Of a stretch of 64,000 nucleotides of DNA, positions 56,622-64,000 are shown piece after piece. Below the pieces are notes generated by a model that searched no databases, was not told the DNA's origin, and worked only from the letters and a program-made list of their open reading frames with translations. A program made the position numbers and the translations under genes. The DNA comes from Thraustochytrium aureum (taxonomy: Eukaryota), in assembly GCA_012862495.1 (NCBI GenBank), contig BLSG01000402.1, positions 50,146 to 114,145 on the forward strand. The letters run 5' to 3'. Position 1 is the stretch's first letter. Each line of letters opens with the position of its first letter.

Positions 56622-57606
56622 TCATTCAGGCGCGAAAGACGGGCGCATCATCTCGAAAAGCTCGACGGGCTTCTCGACGTGGAGCCAGTGGCCCACTCCC
56701 TCGAGCGTCATTAGCTCGACGTTGTCGTTCGCCGCCTCGGCAAACTCGCGCAAGACGTCCTCCGTCCACGCGTCCGACTTGCCCGCCCGCACGAACTTGA
56801 AGGCGGTCCCGCTCGCCCGCACGACGTCGCTGTTGATGACCGGCCACAAGTTGGTCGCCTTGTGCGCTTCGAAGAGCTGCGTGATAATCCCGAGGTCGAA
56901 GCTCCAGTAGAACCCGCCCTCGCCGCGCCGAACGTTGAGCGTCATCCACTGCGCCAGCGTGTAGGAGAGGCCGCGCGCCGTAAGGAGCTCGATAACGTGC
57001 TGCTTGGAGTCCACGGGCTGCGGGAGGTCTTTCAGGGTCTCGATGACGAACTCGACGGACGGGTCGTGCGTGCGGTCGGACCGCGCGACCCAGACCCCTG
57101 GAGGGCAGTCCAGGGCCCAGACCACGCGAGGTGGCGCCACATCGTGCGCTTCGCGCTCGGCTGCGAGGATCTGCGCCAGCGAGATGGCCACTTTTGACCC
57201 GAACGAGTGGCCAATCACCACATCCGGCGCAGTGATCCCTTCGTCCTCCAGCACGCCGAGAAGGTCGATCGCGGCAGAGTGGAGGTCGTGTGGGGGCTCG
57301 CCGCGCTCCGAAGCCCCGTGCGCTCGATGCGTGACGAGGAGCATTTCGTAGTGCGGAAACGCTTGCGCGAAGCGCGTCGAGAGCTGGCGCAGATTCTTAT
57401 GATTCCCCAGCATGCCATGCAGCACCACGGCGGTGCGCTTGCCAGGCCAATCCGGCTGCTCCACGAGCCGATCGCCTCGAATATACTCAAACGCGAGCTT
57501 CGCCCGGGGCTGCCGTTCCACCCTCGCCGCGAGCGAGCTCCATCCGCGTCGCGCCGGCCGAGCGGCAGCCGCCGTCGTGCCCAGCAGCCCACCGAGCCTG
57601 CCCCAT
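56622..57606 (-). CDS. Alpha/beta hydrolase, ABHD11/YbfF-like esterase
   Basis: VVLHGMLGN, HRAHG, GHSFG nucleophile elbow and GVGHWLHVEKP. A presequence-like N-terminus results if ATG 57606 is joined by removing one G. Confidence 0.88.
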
Positions 57607-57719
57607 ATCCCCGCGAGAGTGGAGGGGTCGGCCCGCGACACGGCAAATATCGTCGCCGCCTGTATCCCCGCGAGAGTGGAGGGGTCGGCCCGCGACACGG
57701 CAAATATCGTCGCCGCCTG
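57606..57719. repeat. Exact 57-bp tandem duplication
   Basis: TATCCCCGCGAGAGTGGAGGGGTCGGCCCGCGACACGGCAAATATCGTCGCCGCCTG at 57606-57662 and 57663-57719. Confidence 0.95.
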
Positions 57720-58314
57720 CTCGCTCGCCTGCTCGCCCGCCTGCTCGCTCGCCTGCTTGCTCGCCTGCTCGCTCGCCTGCGAGGCCGCCTGCACCNNNNN
57801 NNNNNNNNNNNNNNNNNNNNNNNNNNNNNNNNNNNNNNNNNNNNNNNNNNNNNNNNNNNNNNNNNNNNNNNNNNNNNNNNNNNNNNNNNNNNNNNNNNNN
57901 NNNNNNNNNNNNNNNNNNNNNNNNNNNNNNNNNNNNNNCTCGCGCAGCAGCTCCGCGCGCGCGACCGCGGCGGGTTGGGTGGTCTGCTGGTCGTGCGGAG
58001 GAGACCTCCAACGAACGCGAGGCGCGCGGCAGGCAGGCTGGCTGGCTGGTGGGCTGGACGAGGCAGGCTGGTTGGCTGCGTGGCGCGCGCGCTGGTGGAC
58101 CCGCCAGGTCGGTGCAGAGCGGTGCTGGAGGCCGAGGAGCGCGCGCTGGCAGGCTGTGCGTGGTCTCGGCCCGATTTGGCGTGATCTTCTGGATTTTGGG
58201 GCAGTTCGCCGCCGCGAAGGGAGGAGCGCGGGTTGCTTGCTGGCCCGCGCGCGGCGCAGGTAAAGCGCGGAGGGTGCTGGGACTGGCGACGCGCGCGGCG
58301 GGCTGCGGAGGAGG

Positions 58315-58904
58315 ATGGGGGATATCGCGAGGAGCCGGCTGGCGGAGGAGCGCAAGCAGTGGCGAAAGGACCACCCGCCCGGTTTCTTCGCGCGGCCGCA
58401 GAGGAAGGACGACGGGTCGACGGACCTGATGCGGTGGGAAGCCGGCATCCCCGGCAAGGCTAGCACGATCTGGGAAGGCGGCCTGTTCAGGCTGCGGTTC
58501 ATCTACCCGGAGGACTTTCCGTCCTCGCCGCCCAAGGTCCAGTTCGTCCCGCCGCTATTTCATCCCAAGTAAGTTGCACTGCACCGCTTGCCACTGGCTG
58601 GCGCGCGCGCGCGGCTGCGAGCGCCGTCTGCTGACCCGAGGGCGGCCCCTCTCGCGCTCGGCTGCTCCTACTCCACCTCAGCGTGTACCCGAGCGGGACG
58701 ATCTGCCTTTCCATCCTCAACGCGGACGAGGACTGGAACCCAACAGTGACGCTCAAACACATCCTGCTGGGCGTCCAAGACCTCCTCGACAACCCAAACC
58801 CGAACAGCCCGGCCCAAGCGGAGCCCTTTGCGCTGTTCACGCAAGACAAGGAGGCCTACATCCGCCGCGTGCGGGAGGAAGTGCGCAAGAATCCACCTCT
58901 GTGA
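58315..58904 (+). CDS. UBC9: SUMO-conjugating enzyme E2; intron 58569-58681
   Basis: [34 protein letters not shown] and spliced [16 protein letters not shown]. Confidence 0.97.
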
Positions 58905-59143
58905 GGTGAGCGCTTGCGGCGTGGCGCTCGTGGCTCGTGGCCCCGCATTCGGCGGGCGAGCCGGAGCGGCCGGCGGCCTGAGGGCGCTCTCTGGTGGGTA
59001 GGCAGGTCTACAGATAGCGCGTGCGTCAGGCCCACGCCTGGCAACAAAACAAACTCCCCTTGCTCGTTGGCTGGCAACAGCAGCCTCCCTCCCTTGCCCG
59101 GCGAGCTCCCTTGAGGTAGGGCCTGCCCCTCCCGCCCGCGGCG

Positions 59144-59566
59144 ATGGGCGCGCGCGCGCTCGCACTGGCAGCGGGGAGCGGCGCTTTCGGCGTCTCGTAA
59201 GTCGTGCGCTCGTTGTTCGTTGGTGCGTGCGTGAGCGCTGCGCGGGGTCGTGCTGCGCCGCGTGCGCGATGCTGGCCCGGGACGGGCCGCGACCGACCGG
59301 CTGACGCGCGGCGAGCTTGCTGGCGCGGCTTTGCTCGCAGGTACGTGGCCCTCTTTGTCGCTACGGTCTTCGGCGCGAGCGCGGAGGAGCTCGAGGCGCA
59401 GTTGGCAGCTCGTGGACCTGCCTTCGCGCTGGTCGCGGCGCCTGCGCTCGTCCCCGCCGGCCTCGTGCTCGCGTACGTGGTGTGGATTGGGTTCAAAGTG
59501 TACCAGCACAGCCCCGAGGAGGCCGACGAGGACGCGGCGGCCGCCCTTGCGCGAAAGACGCGATGA
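59144..59566 (+). CDS. Small two-TM protein, PIG-Y/Eri1-like GPI-GlcNAc transferase subunit; intron 59197-59340
   Basis: The GTAAGT...CTGAC...CAG intron gives an open frame. The second TM ends ALVPAGLVLAYVVWIGFKVYQHS, resembling the PIG-Y C-terminal W.G.K.F.H motif. Confidence 0.6.
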
Positions 59567-59838
59567 ACTGCCTTTCTCGCGTCACGTCGCGCAAGAGTGA
59601 GCGCGTTGCGCGAGCTGGCTGGCGGTGGCTTGAGCTGGCTGGCTGTGGCTTGAACTGGCTGGCTGTGGGTTGATTTGTTCAGCTTCGCTCGGCTGAGCGC
59701 GATCGTTTGTTTAGCTTTGATCGATCGGCTGAGCGCGATCGCTGGATCGAGGTACGTAAATTATTCTTTCATTTCGGCCCATCCTTGCGACACCGCGGGC
59801 GGAGCTGGTCAGAGAGGCAGCCGACGTGCAGGGCGAGC

Positions 59839-61337
59839 TCACGTGACGAGCGGAAGGTGGTTCGTGGACGGCCGTTTCGAGGGCGGCACGAACGAGGTGT
59901 TGGAAAGCTGGCTCCCAAAGCTGTTGCTCCGCTGGCGCCCGGCCTCGGACTCGAGAGCCGCCGGTGGCGGAGGCGCGTCCTTGGCGGGCGCTTCAATTTG
60001 GACGTCCATGTTCTCGCGCTCCACGACTTCGGCGCTCTGTCCAAAGAGCTCGAAGACCTGGTCCGAGTTGAGACCCCTGATCTGGTTCATTTCCTCCGAG
60101 CTAAAGTTGCAGAGCCCCGAGGCGATCTCCTCGCCATCCTCGTCGAAAATGGCGACGGCCTCAAAGGCGGTAAAGTTGCCGCTGACGTCGGTGATGCCCA
60201 CGGAAAAGAGCGTCTTGCGATTGGCCACGGCGAGGCGCGCGCCGGCGTCCACGGTGAGGCGGCCGCGCTTGTGCAGGCTGCGGATCCAGCGGGTGCGCTC
60301 GCGCGGCGGCTCTGGGTTGCGCTCGAAGGTGGTGCCAAAGTCGAAGCGGTCAGGCCCGAGCTCGCCGCCGGTCCCTTCCGCGACCTCCTTGATGACATAG
60401 TCCTTGATGCGCGGCGCCGCGTCGGCGTGCATGATGATGGTGCGGACGCCGAGGGACGCGGAGAGCGACGCGGCGGAGATCTTGGCGGCCATCCCGCCGG
60501 TCCCCCAGTTGCTGTCGGCGCCGTCGCCGAGCTTGCACATCTGCTCGAGCTCGCCGATGTCGCGCACCCATTTGATGCGTTTTGCGTTTGGGTCGTTGTG
60601 CGGGTTGGCCGTGAAGACGCCGTCGACGTCGGTCATCATGAAGACGAGGTCGGCCTCGATCATGTTGCCCACCATGCCCGCCAGCTTGTCGTTGTTGGCC
60701 TTGAGGTAGTGGATGCCCACGGTGTCGTTTTCGTTTACGATGGGGATGACGTTGTCCATCTTGAACAGCTCGTTGAAGGTGTTCTTGGCGTTGAGGAACT
60801 GCACGCGGTCCACAAAGTTCTCGTAGGTGAGCAGGACCTGCGCCGACCTGTGGCCCATCGTGCTAAACATCAGGTCGTACTTGCCCATCAAGTGCACTGC
60901 CCGATCGCGGCGAGCGCCTGGCGCTTGACGATCGAGTCGGGCCGCTCTTGCAGACCCACCGCGTGGCAGCCTGCGCCGACGGCGCCACTACTCACGAGGA
61001 CGACGTGNNNNNNNNNNNNNNNNNNNNNNNNNNNNNNNNNNNNNNNNNNNNNNNNNNNNNNNNNNNNNNNNNNNNNNNNNNNNNNNNNNNNNNNNNNNNN
61101 NNNNNNNNNNNNNNNNNNNNNNNNNNNNNNNNNNNNNNNNNNNNNNNNNNNNNNNNNNNNNTGGCCCATCTGCCGCAGCTCGCACAGCACCGACACTGTG
61201 GTGGCAAGATGGACGAGCGCCAGGCTCGTCTCCCCGTCCACATTGTTCGTGTCGAGGATGCTGGACGTCCCGATCTTTACCACGATGCGCAGGCCGTCTT
61301 TATTTGCGTTCCCGCTCCGCTTCGCGCCGTCCACCAT
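59839..61337 (-). CDS. PRO1: Glutamate 5-kinase with PUA domain; gap 61008-61161; apparent frameshift ~60896
   Basis: [53 protein letters not shown] and [11 protein letters not shown]-like GRLTVDAGA...GNF...[10 protein letters not shown]. Confidence 0.95.
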
Positions 61338-62074
61338 CTTTCCTGCACGTCAGCTCGCAACTGGCTATGTCCTCGTTCGGCTATCAAGGCAGGCGAATAG
61401 CTGGGTAGGTAGGTAGGTGCTGCTCAGGTCCAGCGTCCAGTTCTGCGAGGCTGCTTCCTCCCGCGCGGCCCTCGTTCGAAGAAGGATCGCGTAGATCTGC
61501 AGGACGTGCAGCTTCGATGCCGATGCGAGTCTGCCGCGAACGCCAGCGGGACTCGTGGGTACTCTACTCGGCCTCCGTAGCCGCCGCGCCGTTCGTGTTC
61601 TGTTTGGGGTCTGCTGAGCGACGTGCGGTTCAGAGGTGTTTGTTCGCCGTGTTCGCCCCTTACAAGAACGACGGGTCAGCCGAAATCTCCGCGCCCTCAG
61701 GGCCTCGTGCAGCTCGAGAGGGGTTCCTGTGAGGTAAACAGGAGGCCCTAAGGGGAGTTGGAGAGGCTCTTGCGCAGGGTTTCGGGTCTGCCACTCGTGG
61801 TATATCTAGTTGTTCCGAGAGGCGCCGAAGTTTCGTTGTTCATGCACGCGCCACCCGATCATGACGTGCACGCTCGTCACCCGAGGGTCTTCGTGACGAG
61901 AGGTGACGCGGGCGGTTTGCGCGCCTCTTGCCATGAGAGGGGCCAGCAGGTGTTCCACGAGTTCCTCGCCTCATTTTCCACAGGGTGAAGCAACGTAGCC
62001 CCTCATGTGACGAGGGGGACGTCGGTGAAACTTCCGTCCTTGACCTCCTGATGTGTCTTGTTGCCGTTTGCAAG

Positions 62075-62154
62075 GCGCAGCGATACGAAAGCGCAGCGCT
62101 ACGACGGCGCAGCGCTACGAAAGCGCAGCGCTGCGAAGGCGCAGCGCTGCGATC
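62075..62154. repeat. 16-bp minisatellite GCGCAGCGCTRCGANN x5
   Basis: Units start at 62075, 62091, 62107, 62123 and 62139. Confidence 0.9.
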
Positions 62155-62690
62155 GCCTCGTCCGCGCGCACTCTTGCTGTGTCGTTTTCTTTCTGCCCGG
62201 AATTGCTCGAGCAGAAACCACAACATGCTCGAGCTCCTCGATGTCCTGCGAGCGGAAGGCAACTTGCCCGACCCACGCTCCTCGAGTAGGACGCGCCACT
62301 GGCTGGTTCGCTCGCGAGGAACAGACCAGCACAACGTCGATCGCAGCGTCATGGCGATTGGCTCGCGCAGTGCTCGCGCTCGCGCAGTGCTCCGTGTCTG
62401 CCTCGTCGGCCAAGGGCTTCCGTAAAGCTCCGTCTTCCATCGCTCGCGCAGCGGCAGGCCGGCGCGCTTCTCCGGCTGTCGCGCTCGCCGCCTGACGGAG
62501 TGCCCGGATTTTCAGTCAAGGTTTGGGGCAAGGGTGCGGAATGCGCTTTACTCACTTTGCGCTGGGACGCAGCAATGCAGCATCGCATGCGACACCTCCC
62601 CCCCCCAGGAGCGCACCACGAGCTGCGACAGCAGCGCCAGGTTTGAGGCGAGAGCGAGAGCGGGCGCGCACAGAGCAGCAAGAGCAGCAG

Positions 62691-62725
<35 letters not shown>

Positions 62726-62890
62726 GGCGCGGCCTGGTCTGCCTCCCAAGTGCGATCCCGCACGAAAGGCGAACAAACGCGCCGAGTCCGGCCTCCAGAG
62801 CGCACTCCAAGTGACGCCGGCCAGCTGCGGCTCTGCGGTTGTGCGAGGGAAAGCGCCGGAGCGGGCTTGCCTCGGAGCCCGCCAGGCGAA

Positions 62891-63730
62891 ATGAGCAGCA
62901 CGGAGGCCCAGAGCGATGAATACAAGCAGCAGTTGCTGTTTACAGGCGGACTTGGGTTCAAGTGCGCCCAAGAGCAAGTCCTCGGCCCTGGCGAGAGCTT
63001 CTCGGCGCTCTCCCTGGCCTCGCTGGAGCCGGAGAGCGACGCCAAGGCCAGGTCGCCGCCGCGTCACAAGAACAAACACAAGCACAAGGCGCACGGCGCC
63101 AAGCGCACGCGCACACCGGTCCTGGTCGAGTCGAAGGAACCCGAGGAGCCCATCGTGGGCGACCAGAGCCCCCGCTCTCGCAAGAGCCCCCGCGCAGCTC
63201 GAACAGCGTCGCCCGGCTCCGGGTGCTTTTCGTTCTGCGAGCCTATCGTGGCAGACAGCTCCACTGCCATGCCGCTCACTTTGACGCGGTCCACCGTGGC
63301 ACTGCTGTCCGCTATTGCCGAGAACGAGGCGACGACGCAGGACGGCATCAACAGTTCCGCGGAGTGTCGGTGTGCGCTCGGCATGCGGGAGGTTGGCAAG
63401 CAGGCGCTTCGCCACGCCTTGCTCCGGGGCTCTGGCGTCAGCGCCGCGCGGGCGCGGGCCGTCGCTGCGCATCTCGAGGGCCAGGTGTGGCAGCTCGTAA
63501 ACGATGGCGAGGTTGCGGTGGACGACCATTATGCGACCGCGTTGGCCAGCTGCGTCGAGCTTCTGCAGGGCGAGTCGCTGGTGGCCCAGGTCTTGGAAGG
63601 CGACCTCGACAGCTTGCGTCTTGTGCTTGAGCTGCATCACGAGCCCGCCGATGTGGAGGCTCGCCAAGCGCGGGACTGGGAGCGTGTCGTCTCGTCCTGC
63701 GTTGCTGACCTCGGCCAAGTGAGTTTTTGA
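62891..63730 (+). CDS. Hypothetical nuclear protein with possible degenerate TFIIS central (TFIIS_M)-like domain
   Basis: gaaATG start and a basic HKNKHKHK...KR stretch. R...KQALRHAL...A.AVAAHLE...Y...LVAQVLEGDL...LV resembles the TFIIS domain II pattern. Confidence 0.5.
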   Translation: MSSTEAQSDEYKQQLLFTGGLGFKCAQEQVLGPGESFSALSLASLEPESDAKARSPPRHKNKHKHKAHGAKRTRTPVLVESKEPEEPIVGDQSPRSRKSPRAARTASPGSGCFSFCEPIVADSSTAMPLTLTRSTVALLSAIAENEATTQDGINSSAECRCALGMREVGKQALRHALLRGSGVSAARARAVAAHLEGQVWQLVNDGEVAVDDHYATALASCVELLQGESLVAQVLEGDLDSLRLVLELHHEPADVEARQARDWERVVSSCVADLGQVSF

Positions 63731-64000
63731 TTTATGATATCTTTTATATCATTTTTTCCCGCATGCATTTTTTCTTTTCGGCGGCTGGCGCGCTTCATGT
63801 GCGGGCCCTCGAGATCAGGTTCATTAGTCGCCTGGACCCCTGTCTGCTGCTGTTGTTCCCATCCCGACGCAGGCAACGCGACTGCGTTGCCAATCTACCA
63901 TCATCACTATTGTCAGCTCTGTTCCCATGCTCAAGCTCCTGAAGAGAGAGCTGACTCGGGCTAGTGCTACGCCGGCACGCCGTTGAACTCCAACAAGGCA

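Noticed and set aside
62075..62154. CRISPR-like array (also considered 39827-39868 and 57606-57719)
   Set aside because: Contiguous tandem repeats without unique spacers, no cas genes, and a eukaryotic context.
61400..62500. ORFs 61517-61732, 61758-61988 and 61985-62425 as genes
   Set aside because: Short, partly repeat-derived and lacking recognisable domains.

Overview
GC-rich, gene-dense eukaryotic nuclear DNA with few, short GT-AG introns and CTRAC-type branch points. It comes from a protist draft assembly with 14 N-gaps. A stramenopile such as a thraustochytrid is plausible but cannot be established from the sequence. About 30 protein-coding genes are visible, mostly housekeeping: MCPH1-like BRCT protein, F-box protein, SPX-EXS exporter, riboflavin kinase, GbpA/PdeD-type phosphodiesterase, PLPBP, NOG2, eIF1, cyclin L-like protein, FAR-acyltransferase fusion, MFS transporter, MRS2, RRP12, TOM1-like protein, ABHD11-like hydrolase, UBC9, PIG-Y-like protein and glutamate 5-kinase. 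The standout is a single-exon ~1314-aa gene (16332-20276) that joins signal peptide, animal-type heme peroxidase, heme-type DOMON, cytochrome b561, cytochrome b5 and a b5-reductase-type FAD/NAD module. The expected heme ligands of each domain are visible, so it may be a self-contained trans-membrane electron wire feeding an extracellular peroxidase, i.e. a DUOX analogue built from non-NOX parts. Other points: a TIR/HET-like plus TPR candidate immune protein, an MRS2 with GAN instead of GMN plus an EF-hand, a degenerate SPX sensor, and about 8 single-base frameshifts in otherwise intact genes (most likely sequencing errors). I recognised no rRNA, tRNA, CRISPR array or transposase. All domain calls are from motif recognition by eye; no searches were run.
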